Source: a virus
Lineage: Duplodnaviria > Caudoviricetes
DNA: 53,474 nt
IMG/VR virus record: IMGVR_UViG_3300021519_000014
Span: 1-53,474 of that record
Reading direction: 5' to 3' (one strand)
The notes beneath the pieces are model-generated. The model saw only the letters and a program-made list of their open reading frames with translations, ran no database searches and was not told the DNA's origin. Shown one piece after another: positions 8,362-17,096 of the stretch (position 1 is its first letter; every line of letters begins with the position of its first letter). The position numbers and the translations under genes are program-made.

Positions 8362-8432
8362 GCTTCAAGTTATCACGCTTGACGACAGCGTGTCACGAGG
8401 CGTAGCTTCCCGCCATCAAACAGGAGACAAGA
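8362..8432. promoter_or_regulatory. Divergent promoter region with GACA-N3-TGTC dyad
   Basis: TTGACG (8379-8384), 18 nt, TAGCTT; GACAgcgTGTC at 8384-8394; AGGAG RBS. Confidence 0.5.
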
Positions 8433-9551
8433 TTGCAACACGCACCCTTCGGATCGTCGACTGCCGAGCGCGTCATCAACTGCCCCGGCTCCGTCGCCCT
8501 CTCAGCCAAATCACCCGAACAGCCCGCGAGCGAATACGCCGCGAAGGGCAGCGCGCAGCACGCCCTGATCGAGCACCTCCTGCTTGAAGGCGGCGAGCCC
8601 AAGGACTTCATCGGCGCGATGTTCGCCGGCGTCGAGATCGACGAGGAGTTGTCCGACGGCGTCAAGATCGCGCTCGACGCAGCCGAGAAGCTCCTCGAAG
8701 ATTTCGCCGGCGACCAGCTCGTCGAGCAGCGGCTTGTCATCGTCGAGAACGAGATCTTCGGCACCGGCGACGTCATCGGCATTTCAGGCGACGGGACGCG
8801 CGCCCTGATCGCGGATCACAAGTTCGGCTACGTGGAAGTCTCCCCCGACAGTTTGCAGTTGAAGTTCCTCGCCGCCGCGCTGCTCGCGGATCCCGCGATG
8901 GCCGCCGTCGCGAAAGACATCGAGGAGTTCGAGTTGGCGATCATCCAGCCCGCCTTCGACCCGTGCGTCACGAAGGCGACGGTGACGCGCGCCGAAGTCG
9001 AGGTCTTCCTGCGCACGATCAAGCTGGCGCACTCGGCCAGCAAGGTACCCTCCGCAGAAGTCCGCATTGGCAAGTGGTGCAAGTGGTGTCGCGCCAAGGC
9101 GATCTGCCCCGCGCAGCGCCAGATGTTCGCGGACCTGATCGACGTGAAGGTTCACCCCGGCTGGTCGCCCGCGGAGCTGGGCGACATGCTGGTCAAGGCG
9201 AAGCAGGTCGAAGACCTGATCGAGAGCATCAAGGAGCGCGTGAAGCACGAGCTGGCGAACGGCAGGACCGTGCCGGGCTGGCGCCTCAAGGCGGGCTCGA
9301 CGCGCATGGCGTGGGCCCAGAGCGTCAAGGATACCATCGCCGCGCTGCGGGGCCTCGGGCTCAAGGGCGACAAGGCCATTCAACCCATCACCCCGGCGGC
9401 CGCCAAGAAGGCGCTGGGAGAGCTTCCCGACGATCTCGTCGTGAAGAACACGAGCGCGCCTTCGCTCGCTCGTGACACCGACGCCGCAGACGCTGTCCTG
9501 CCGGTGGCGGCCTTTGCAAAGGCAGCAGCACTGTTAGAAGGAACTAGGTAA
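8433..9551 (+). CDS. Cas4-like PD-(D/E)xK exonuclease (DUF2800-like)
   Basis: HAPFGSSTAERVINCPGS, GTGD...IADHKFG, WCKWCRAKAICP. Confidence 0.85.
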   Translation: MQHAPFGSSTAERVINCPGSVALSAKSPEQPASEYAAKGSAQHALIEHLLLEGGEPKDFIGAMFAGVEIDEELSDGVKIALDAAEKLLEDFAGDQLVEQRLVIVENEIFGTGDVIGISGDGTRALIADHKFGYVEVSPDSLQLKFLAAALLADPAMAAVAKDIEEFELAIIQPAFDPCVTKATVTRAEVEVFLRTIKLAHSASKVPSAEVRIGKWCKWCRAKAICPAQRQMFADLIDVKVHPGWSPAELGDMLVKAKQVEDLIESIKERVKHELANGRTVPGWRLKAGSTRMAWAQSVKDTIAALRGLGLKGDKAIQPITPAAAKKALGELPDDLVVKNTSAPSLARDTDAADAVLPVAAFAKAAALLEGTR

Positions 9552-10238
9552 ATGAGCAATCAAATGAGCCTCTTCTCGAACGGGGGCCTCCCCCCGGCTG
9601 ACCGCAACGCCTACAAGCAGTCGATCAAGGCGATGTCGGCCGCGGCGAAGTCGACGATGGGCGGCATGCCGTTCCTGCGCATGGGCAAGGACGGCGAGTG
9701 GGTCTACGGCGCCGACAACACCGAGGTCGAGGAGAACAGCCTCTGGGCCGTGAACCCGTTCTCGATGGCCCTCGGCTTCATCGCGTGGGGGACCGGGGCG
9801 CAGGAGGGCACCGTGCTGGGCGAGCAGCTGGCTCGCGTCGGCGAGGTGCCGGTGCAGCGGGGCAACCTGCAGGACGTCGGGGCCGAGTGGACGCCGTGCT
9901 GCGCGTTCGAGCTGGTCTGCCTCACCGGCGAGGATAAGGGGACGCACGTCCTCTACAAGACCAACTCGGTCGGCGGCCGCCGCGCGTTCGCCGACATGAT
10001 GCAGCTGGTTGCGGCAGCGATGGAGGACGAGGCCGAGGGCAAGTGCGTCCCCATCGTCAACCTCGACTGCGACAGCTACCCGCACAAGAAGTACGGCAAG
10101 ATCTACACGCCGATCTTCGACATCAAGAAGTGGGTCATGACCGACGCCGAGGAGCTTGGGGGCGCGCCGGCCAAGGAAGAGGTGGAGGCACCGGCGAAGC
10201 CTGCCGAGGAGGGCACGGTTCGTCGCCGCCGTCGCTGA
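9552..10238 (+). CDS. Putative ssDNA-binding protein
   Basis: Lies between Cas4-like nuclease and polymerase; acidic C-terminal tail; function inferred from synteny. Confidence 0.55.
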   Translation: MSNQMSLFSNGGLPPADRNAYKQSIKAMSAAAKSTMGGMPFLRMGKDGEWVYGADNTEVEENSLWAVNPFSMALGFIAWGTGAQEGTVLGEQLARVGEVPVQRGNLQDVGAEWTPCCAFELVCLTGEDKGTHVLYKTNSVGGRRAFADMMQLVAAAMEDEAEGKCVPIVNLDCDSYPHKKYGKIYTPIFDIKKWVMTDAEELGGAPAKEEVEAPAKPAEEGTVRRRRR

Positions 10239-10247
10239 AGCCTGACT

Positions 10248-10280
10248 GGGGGCGGCCTATGGCCGCCCCCTTTTCTTTTT
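10248..10280 (+). terminator. Rho-independent terminator
   Basis: gggggcggcc-tat-ggccgccccc followed by ttttcttttt. Confidence 0.85.
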
Positions 10281-12821
10281 ATGGAGAATAGCATGGGATT
10301 GATACTGAGTTTGGACTATGAGACGCAAAGCGCGCTCGACCTGACCAAGATCGGCGCTTACCGCTACGCCCAGAGCGCCAAGATCATGTGCGCCGGCTAC
10401 GCGATCTACGAAGAGAACACGTTCAAGCCCGAAATGGTGAAGCCGTGGCGCGCTTGGAAGGGCGAGCCGATGCCGGGCGACCTGCTCGCGGCGCTGTCCG
10501 ACGAGAGCGTCAGGAAGTTCGCGTGGAACGCCCAGTTCGAGCGCCTGATCACGCTGCACGCCGCGGGCCTCGCGGTGCCGCAGGAGCAGTGGTTTTGCAC
10601 CGCCGCGCGCGCCCGCGCCTCGGCCTACCCCGGCAAGCTGGACCTGTGCGCGAAGGCGCTGGCGATCCCGCAGAAGAAGGATCTGGCGGGCGGCAAGCTG
10701 ATGAAGAAGCTCTCGACTGAGGGCACCGGGACCGAGGAGGAGTACGAGCGCGTCCTCGAATACTGCATGCAGGATGTTGTCGTCGAGGCGACCATCGGCA
10801 TGGTCGTCCGCGACCTGACACGCGAGGAGTGGAAGGACTACCACGTCTGCGAGCGCATGAACGACCGCGGCATTCCCATCGACGCCGATCTGGCGCGCGC
10901 GGCGCAGAGCTATGCCGAGGTCGAGGCGGCAGAAATTGCCAAGGAATTAAATGCCGCGACGGGCGGCGCGATCACCAGCGCGAAGCAGTTCGCCCGCATC
11001 AAGCAGTGGGTCGCCGTGAAGGCGCCCGAGATTGCCGAGCAGTTTACCGACGAGGAGACGGGCAAGTTCTCGCTCGACAGGTCGGCGCGCACCGCCATCT
11101 TCGAGAGCGACCTGAACCTCAGCGAGGAAGTCCGCGAGGTGCTGGAGCTGATCGACGACGCCGGGCGCGCGAGCACGGCCAAGTACGCCGCCATCGAGAA
11201 CCGCACCGACACCGACGGCCGGTTGCGCGGCGCGTACCTGTTCAACGGTGCGGGGCAGACTGGCAGATACTCCGCCATGGGATTTCAGCCGCATAATCTG
11301 GTGCGCGACAAGCTCGACAACAGCGGCGACGTGATCGAGGCCGTGCTCGACGGGGCCTCTGCCGACGAGGTCACGACGCTCTCCGGGCAGAACATGCTGA
11401 CGACGCTGGCGCGCATGCTGCGCCCGACCATCGTCGCGGAGAACGGCAACGTGCTGGTCTGGGCCGACTACTCGGCCGTCGAGGCACGCGCCCTGCCGTG
11501 GCTCTCGGGGACACAGGACGCGGAGCCCCTGCTCGATCTCTTCCGCAAGAACGAGGACGTCTACAAGCACGCGGCGTCGGGCATCTACGGCGTGCGCGCA
11601 GACGCTGTAGACAAGGCGCAGAGGCAAATCGGAAAAATTTCCACATTGGCTCTAGGGTACGGCGGCGGAGCAAACGCCTTCCGCAAGATGGCGCGCGCCT
11701 ACGGTCTGAAGATCACCGACACCGTCGCAGAAGAGATCAAGGTCGCGTGGCGTCTGGCGAACCCGTGGGCGAAGACTTTCTGGCGCGATCTGGAGACGGC
11801 AGCGATCCTCGCTGTGCGCCACCCCGGCGACGTCGCAGAGGCGGGTCGCATCAAGTACCTGATGCACGGCGACATGCTCTACGCGCTGCTGCCCTGCGGG
11901 CGCCTGATCGCGTACCCGGAAGTCGAGCTGGTGGAGATCGAGGGCAAGTACGGCCCGCAGCCTCGCCTGACGGCGCTGAAGGCCTCGATGCACCCGAAGA
12001 AGGGCGAGACGGCGTGGCCCCGCGTTGCACTCTATGGTGGTCTGCTCGCCGAGAACTGCCTCGCCGGTGACACGGAAGTGCTGACGCCCGATGGATGGGT
12101 CGAACTGGCCGATGTGGGCGCGCGTCCCGTGTGGGATGGTGTCGAATTCGTGCGGCACGACGGCGTCATCGCCAAGGGTATTCGGTTGACCGGCAGGCTG
12201 GACGGGGTCCGCCTGACGTCGGATCATAAAGTGCTCACTGCGAAAGGATGGGTCGATGCCTCGGAAGCGGAAGGATTTGACAGGGCAAGTGTTCGGGCGC
12301 TTGACGGCTATAGCGCCGGTGGACAGCGCGCAGGGGTATGGGCCAGAGAATTGCCGCTGGGCTACGCGAGCGGAGCAGGCGCGGAATACCCGACGCTCCC
12401 GGTTCATCGACACACCATGGGGGCGCATGATGGTGGCGGGCGCAGCGGAACGGTCGGGCATCGGGGTGACGACATTGCTGTACCGTTTGGGGCGTGGGAA
12501 CCCGCTGTTCACGAAGCCGTCTACGACATCCTGAATTGCGGCCCTCGACAGAGGTTTGTTGTGCGCGGCCATTCGGGTCCTTTCATCGTGCACAACTGCA
12601 CGCAGGCATTCTGCGCCTCCCTGCTGCGCACCGCCGTGCGCCACCTCGACGACGCCGGGTGGCCCGTCGTCATGCACACGCACGACGAGGTTCTCGTTGA
12701 AGTCGGGGAGGATGAGATCGAGGAGGCCAAGGCAGCGTTGCAGGAGGCGATGCTGACGAACCCGTGGCCGGACTTACCCCTTGCCGCCGAACCGGAGTAC
12801 GGATACAGCTACGACAAGTAG
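10281..12821 (+). CDS. DNA polymerase family A with 3'-5' exonuclease domain, intein-containing (start may be 10293)
   Basis: LDYET (ExoI), AWNAQFE (ExoII), YCMQDV (ExoIII), TGRYS, ADYSAVEAR (motif A), RQIGK..LALGYG (B), HTHDEV (C). Confidence 0.95.
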   Translation: MENSMGLILSLDYETQSALDLTKIGAYRYAQSAKIMCAGYAIYEENTFKPEMVKPWRAWKGEPMPGDLLAALSDESVRKFAWNAQFERLITLHAAGLAVPQEQWFCTAARARASAYPGKLDLCAKALAIPQKKDLAGGKLMKKLSTEGTGTEEEYERVLEYCMQDVVVEATIGMVVRDLTREEWKDYHVCERMNDRGIPIDADLARAAQSYAEVEAAEIAKELNAATGGAITSAKQFARIKQWVAVKAPEIAEQFTDEETGKFSLDRSARTAIFESDLNLSEEVREVLELIDDAGRASTAKYAAIENRTDTDGRLRGAYLFNGAGQTGRYSAMGFQPHNLVRDKLDNSGDVIEAVLDGASADEVTTLSGQNMLTTLARMLRPTIVAENGNVLVWADYSAVEARALPWLSGTQDAEPLLDLFRKNEDVYKHAASGIYGVRADAVDKAQRQIGKISTLALGYGGGANAFRKMARAYGLKITDTVAEEIKVAWRLANPWAKTFWRDLETAAILAVRHPGDVAEAGRIKYLMHGDMLYALLPCGRLIAYPEVELVEIEGKYGPQPRLTALKASMHPKKGETAWPRVALYGGLLAENCLAGDTEVLTPDGWVELADVGARPVWDGVEFVRHDGVIAKGIRLTGRLDGVRLTSDHKVLTAKGWVDASEAEGFDRASVRALDGYSAGGQRAGVWARELPLGYASGAGAEYPTLPVHRHTMGAHDGGGRSGTVGHRGDDIAVPFGAWEPAVHEAVYDILNCGPRQRFVVRGHSGPFIVHNCTQAFCASLLRTAVRHLDDAGWPVVMHTHDEVLVEVGEDEIEEAKAALQEAMLTNPWPDLPLAAEPEYGYSYDK
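12057..12596 (+). mobile_element. Intein (180 aa) in DNA polymerase
   Basis: Starts CLAGDTEVLTPDG, block B LTSDHKVLT, block F VYDI, ends IVHN followed by Cys+1; removal restores GGLLAEN-CTQA. Confidence 0.93.
12256..12534 (+). CDS. Nested +1-frame ORF in intein: internally deleted HNH homing-endonuclease derivative (92 aa)
   Basis: KDLTGQVFGRLT and GYGPENCRWATRAEQARNTR motifs plus a C-terminal HTH-like segment; AAAGGA 7 nt before ATG. Confidence 0.7.
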   Translation: MPRKRKDLTGQVFGRLTAIAPVDSAQGYGPENCRWATRAEQARNTRRSRFIDTPWGRMMVAGAAERSGIGVTTLLYRLGRGNPLFTKPSTTS

Positions 12822-12829
12822 AGGTTGAT

Positions 12830-15109
12830 ATGGAATTGAATATATTCATGGGACACGTCTTCGGTGACGTGCCCGACGACGAAATCATCGGCATCGTCCA
12901 ACGCGGCAAAGATGGCCGGGGTTGGCAGGTTACACCCTACAGGCAGGGCCGCACGAAGCTGCGCCCCGACGCCGCCAGCTACTACTGCATCTCCACCCTG
13001 AAGAAGCCCCCCGAGGGCGAACCTCTGCGTCGGCTGATGCCGAACATGGCCCGGTGCCACGCCATCGTCCTCGACGACATCGGGACGAAGATCGACGCGG
13101 AGAAGTTCAAGGGCAAGGCCGAGCCGCACTACGTCATGGAGACGTCGGCGGGCAATCATCAGTACGGCCTGCTCTTCGACGGGACGTTGGAGGAGGCGCA
13201 GGTTCTCATCGAGGCCCTGATCGAGGCCGGCTACAGCGACCCCGGCGCCCGCGACGTTCACCGCCTCGTGCGCCTCCCCGGCTCGCTGAACTACAAGAGC
13301 GACCCGCCCTTCGTCGCGCATCTCGTCGGCGAGAACTGGGACCAGCCCGCGTGGACATTCAAGGATCTGTGCGAAGAGTTCGGCCTGACGCCGCGCGAGC
13401 CGACCAGCCTGCGCTCGACCAAGCGCGCGTGGAACGGCGACACGGGCGGCGACGTCATCCTGAAGTGGATCACCGAGAAGGGCATGGCCCTCTCGGAGCC
13501 CAACTCCGACGGCTGGCTGTTCATCGAGTGCCCGTGGGCCGACGAGCATAGCGACGGCCGGCGCGACGCGAAGTGGCAGATCGGGAACGGCACGACGGGC
13601 TCCTATCACTGCTTCCACGGATCCTGCCAGCACCGGACGCAGCGGGAGTTCTTGCTCTGGTGCTCGGAGAACGGCGCGCCCGACTTTGAGGCTGAGGTGA
13701 TCACGCAGGTCACCGTCATCGGCCAGAAGCTGGCGACGATACCGAGGGGTGCCTTCGCGCCGCCGGGCCCTTTGCAGCCCCCGCCGGACGGCACACCTGC
13801 GGGGGACATCCTTACTGGGCTCGTGCTGCAGTACGCCTCGCGGCTGGCGGTGGAGATGCTGCCGACGCTCGAAAAAACGTCGAAGACGAAGACGCCGAAG
13901 GACGTGCAGAAGGCCACCGTCGAGAACGTGCAGTATGTCGTCGCGGAATGCGGGTTCTCCGCGCTAAAAAATCACATGACCGGCGAGGTCGAGCTGACCC
14001 ACGCCGACGCGACTTTCAACGTGTTTAAGAACCCCATGGAGCGAGCCCTGATGACCCGTGAACTGCTGATATCGTTGGCGAACCGCGTCGGCATTTCGTT
14101 GCGCGCCACGCTCGACGAGCTGCTGCACACGCTGGCCGCCAACAACGGGTACCACCCGGTCTATGACTGGATAAAAAACAAACCGTGGGACGGCGTCGAC
14201 CGCTTTCCCGCGCTGGCCGCCGCGCTGGAGGTGCCGAACGAGAAGTGGCGCGACATCGTCCTCCTGCGCTCGTCCATGCAGTCGATTCTGGCTTGGACGA
14301 ACTGGATGCGCGAGACGCCCGTCAGCGTCCCCCACGTCCCCACCCTCAGCGGCCCGCAGGGTTGCGGCAAGTCGACGTTCATCGGGTCGCTGCTGCCGTC
14401 TCAGTGGCGCCTGCTGGAGCAGAGCGCGAACCTCGGCCACGCCAGCAGCAAGGACGACGAGCGCAGGCTCACGAGTTCCCCCCTCGTCGAGCTGTCGGAA
14501 CTGGAGACGGTCATCGGCCGCGTCGAGGCGGGGCACCTCAAGAGTTTCCTCTCGCGCCCCGTCGACAAGATGCGGCTCCCCTACGACCGCACGATCACTA
14601 CGCGCCCCCGCGGCACCACGTTCTGGGGCACCGTCAACGACGGCGTGTATCTCAACGACCCCACCGGGGCGCGCCGTTTCTGGCCTCTTGATGTGGTGAA
14701 GTGCAACGCCTTCCACGGCGTCGACATGCAGCAGTACTGGGCGCAGATGCTGCACCTGTTCAATCAGGGCGAGCCGTGGAACCTGACCCCCGACGAGGCG
14801 AAGCTCCACGCCGTCATCGCCGAGAAACACCGCGTCGAGAGCCCCGCCGAGGGGCGCCTGCAGGAGATGTACGCGCGCAGGAAACACATACCGGAGAAGG
14901 ATTGGACCTTCGCGACCGCGAGCGACATCTCGCGCTACTACCAGCTGCCGGACAACTACCCGACGTTGAGAGCCATCGGCAGCGTGCTGACGAAGATGTT
15001 TGGCGAACGTGCCAGCAATAACGAACGGAAAGGATGGAAAGTGCCGATAAAACAGGTTGAGTTCCGGGCGGGGTTTTCCTCCTACGCCCCTCCCGAGGGA
15101 TCGTCATGA
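12830..15109 (+). CDS. Primase-helicase (RepB-like primase, Zn motif, VapE-like ATPase)
   Basis: IVLDDIG, METSAGNHQYG, LVRLPGSLN; CPW..EH...CFHGSC; Walker A GPQGCGKST; LNDPTGARRFW; GAGG RBS. Confidence 0.9.
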   Translation: MELNIFMGHVFGDVPDDEIIGIVQRGKDGRGWQVTPYRQGRTKLRPDAASYYCISTLKKPPEGEPLRRLMPNMARCHAIVLDDIGTKIDAEKFKGKAEPHYVMETSAGNHQYGLLFDGTLEEAQVLIEALIEAGYSDPGARDVHRLVRLPGSLNYKSDPPFVAHLVGENWDQPAWTFKDLCEEFGLTPREPTSLRSTKRAWNGDTGGDVILKWITEKGMALSEPNSDGWLFIECPWADEHSDGRRDAKWQIGNGTTGSYHCFHGSCQHRTQREFLLWCSENGAPDFEAEVITQVTVIGQKLATIPRGAFAPPGPLQPPPDGTPAGDILTGLVLQYASRLAVEMLPTLEKTSKTKTPKDVQKATVENVQYVVAECGFSALKNHMTGEVELTHADATFNVFKNPMERALMTRELLISLANRVGISLRATLDELLHTLAANNGYHPVYDWIKNKPWDGVDRFPALAAALEVPNEKWRDIVLLRSSMQSILAWTNWMRETPVSVPHVPTLSGPQGCGKSTFIGSLLPSQWRLLEQSANLGHASSKDDERRLTSSPLVELSELETVIGRVEAGHLKSFLSRPVDKMRLPYDRTITTRPRGTTFWGTVNDGVYLNDPTGARRFWPLDVVKCNAFHGVDMQQYWAQMLHLFNQGEPWNLTPDEAKLHAVIAEKHRVESPAEGRLQEMYARRKHIPEKDWTFATASDISRYYQLPDNYPTLRAIGSVLTKMFGERASNNERKGWKVPIKQVEFRAGFSSYAPPEGSS

Positions 15110-15351
15110 AACTCCTGATCCACATGAATATGCCGTCGGGCAAGAACGACGGAACGCACCAGCTCATTCTGGAGATGCCCTCGGTGGCCGTGCTGGCCGA
15201 CCTGCCGTTCTTCTTTAAGCAGGGGTACTTGCACGGCACCCATCTCATCTACGACCGGGCTGACAACAACACCCGCGTGTGGTCGAGCCGGGGGACCATG
15301 ATCATCAACGTCGCGCACATCGGCAAGATTGCCGAATATTACGAGGGGTAG
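15106..15351 (+). CDS. Hypothetical protein (81 aa)
   Basis: ATGA overlap with the primase stop. Confidence 0.7.
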   Translation: MKLLIHMNMPSGKNDGTHQLILEMPSVAVLADLPFFFKQGYLHGTHLIYDRADNNTRVWSSRGTMIINVAHIGKIAEYYEG

Positions 15352-15353
15352 TC

Positions 15354-15629
15354 ATGAAGCATCTTGAGATCACTTCCGAGGCGCTGAGGCTTTTGGCGCC
15401 GCGAGGCGACGTCTACGGCACGGTGAGGGGGAACCACGAGCGCATCGCTCGCATCGCCAACGAACTCACGGGCCAGACTTTGCTTGCGCACGACATCGCC
15501 ATGGTGCTGGTCGCCGTCAAGCTCTCGCGCATCGCGCAGTCGCCCGGCCACGTCGACAGCTACGTCGACGCGATCAACTACCTCTCGTTTGCCGGGGAGT
15601 TCGCGACCGATGACGGCGGGGAAGGGTGA
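15354..15629 (+). CDS. DUF6378-like all-helical protein (possible dNTP pyrophosphohydrolase-like)
   Basis: RGDVYG...RIA...VKLSR...DSYVDAINY pattern. Confidence 0.7.
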   Translation: MKHLEITSEALRLLAPRGDVYGTVRGNHERIARIANELTGQTLLAHDIAMVLVAVKLSRIAQSPGHVDSYVDAINYLSFAGEFATDDGGEG

Positions 15630-15813
15630 GGAAAACGCCTCCGCGCGTCTTACGGAGGCCGAAGTATACGCGATCCGGCGCGACACCCGCCGGTATAAAC
15701 AGATTGCGCATGAGTATGGAGTAGCGGTGTCGCATGTATCCAACATTCGCAATCGTCGGAAGTGGAAACATCTAAAAGAGGAGAATGAAAATGACGCACG
15801 TAGTAACGACTGA
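15610..15813 (+). CDS. Stand-alone HTH module resembling the DNA-binding tail of phage HNH endonucleases (67 aa)
   Basis: GEENASARLTEAEVYAIR...IAHEYGVAVSHVSNIRNRRKWKHL; GGAG RBS; AT-richer codons. Confidence 0.6.
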   Translation: MTAGKGEENASARLTEAEVYAIRRDTRRYKQIAHEYGVAVSHVSNIRNRRKWKHLKEENENDARSND

Positions 15814-16594
15814 ACATGTAACGCCCGAGATGGCGCGTCGCTGGTTGGACCCGGAGATCAACAAGACCAACCGTAAGCTGAAGCCCGTGGTCGTGCGGAA
15901 GTACATCGCCGACATGGGCGAAGCTCACTGGATCTTCAACGGGGACTCTCTCAAGTTCGACTGGAACGGCAAGCTGCTCGACGGCCAGCATCGACTGCAC
16001 GCAGTCATCGCCATGGGACACCCGGTGGAGTTCCTGATCGTGCGAAACCTGCACCCCGACGCCTACCTGACGATTGATATCGGCGCCCGCCGCACGATGG
16101 GCGACATGATGCAGCGCATCGGCAGCAAGCAGTCCTCTGCCGCCGGCGCGGCCGCCAAGGTGCTGTACTGGTTTGAAACCGGGCAGACGTTGGACTTCAA
16201 CGCCACCTACTCCACCGCGCAGCTGCTCGACATCTATAAGGAGCACCCGAAGCTGGAGGAGTTTGTCGCGCAGTACACCGCCTCGTCGGTGCGCTGGAAG
16301 CTTCGCGCCGGCTCTGCGTGGCCCGTCGTGGCGTACATCGCCTCCCGCCGGTACCCCGTAGAGTGGGCCGCGTTTCAACAGTCCGTCGCCGATGGCAGCG
16401 GTATCGCGAAGGGCGACCCCCGGCACACGCTTCGTGAGTGGCTCCTGAACAGGGCCGCCTCCAAGCGGCAGGCTCGCAACGACGAGCGTTTCAACGTCTT
16501 CGCGAAGGCGTGGAACGCCCACCGCGCAAACCGCAAGCTCCTCGTGCTGGTGCATCGCGGCAACGAGGCCCCTGTGACCCCCGCGGGCGCCTGA
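15785..16594 (+). CDS. ParB/Srx-like (DGQHR motif) protein
   Basis: VTPEMARRWL...NRKL...GKLLDGQHRLHAVI. Confidence 0.7.
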   Translation: MKMTHVVTTEHVTPEMARRWLDPEINKTNRKLKPVVVRKYIADMGEAHWIFNGDSLKFDWNGKLLDGQHRLHAVIAMGHPVEFLIVRNLHPDAYLTIDIGARRTMGDMMQRIGSKQSSAAGAAAKVLYWFETGQTLDFNATYSTAQLLDIYKEHPKLEEFVAQYTASSVRWKLRAGSAWPVVAYIASRRYPVEWAAFQQSVADGSGIAKGDPRHTLREWLLNRAASKRQARNDERFNVFAKAWNAHRANRKLLVLVHRGNEAPVTPAGA

Positions 16595-16791
16595 TGACCG
16601 AACTGGAACAGCACAGCGCCCTCTACTGGGCGCTGTGCCGGCACGTCCAGCGGAACCGCTGCTGGACTGCCAACGCCACAATCCTGATCACGCGGCTCTT
16701 GCACAGCCCGCACGAGCGTGTCAGGCTCCTCGCTTGTGATTTATGGTATAGGATAACAGCAGATGAACGCAAAGACGCGACGCACGATTGA
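16594..16791 (+). CDS. Hypothetical protein (65 aa)
   Basis: TGATG coupling with upstream gene. Confidence 0.5.
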   Translation: MTELEQHSALYWALCRHVQRNRCWTANATILITRLLHSPHERVRLLACDLWYRITADERKDATHD

Positions 16792-16993
16792 GCAGGCGGC
16801 TCAACGCGAGGGCGCACTCAGGGTCGAGTGGACGCAGGGCCAGACCCACACCATCGCCCGCTTCCACATGCCCGACGGCCTCATCGTCTCCATGCCGGTT
16901 TCAAAAAGCAGCAGCATCGACGAGTACAGGTACAAGGGGTGGACGCGGCAGTACATCCGCAACCCCTCCAAGTGGCATGTCAGGCCGCGCTGA
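16763..16993 (+). CDS. Hypothetical protein (76 aa)
   Basis: AGGA RBS; typical codon usage. Confidence 0.6.
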   Translation: MNAKTRRTIEQAAQREGALRVEWTQGQTHTIARFHMPDGLIVSMPVSKSSSIDEYRYKGWTRQYIRNPSKWHVRPR

Positions 16994-17096
16994 CGCGATC
17001 CGGCACGCCGCCGCCAAGATCATGGCGCGGCGTGCCAAGTCGTGGCGTTATACGTTGGACGAGCGCGCCGCGATGGCCGGCGTGATCGGCCTGTTA

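Noticed and set aside
8433-9551. Cas4 as evidence for CRISPR-Cas
   Set aside because: Solo Cas4-like nuclease in a standard replication cluster; no other cas genes or array.
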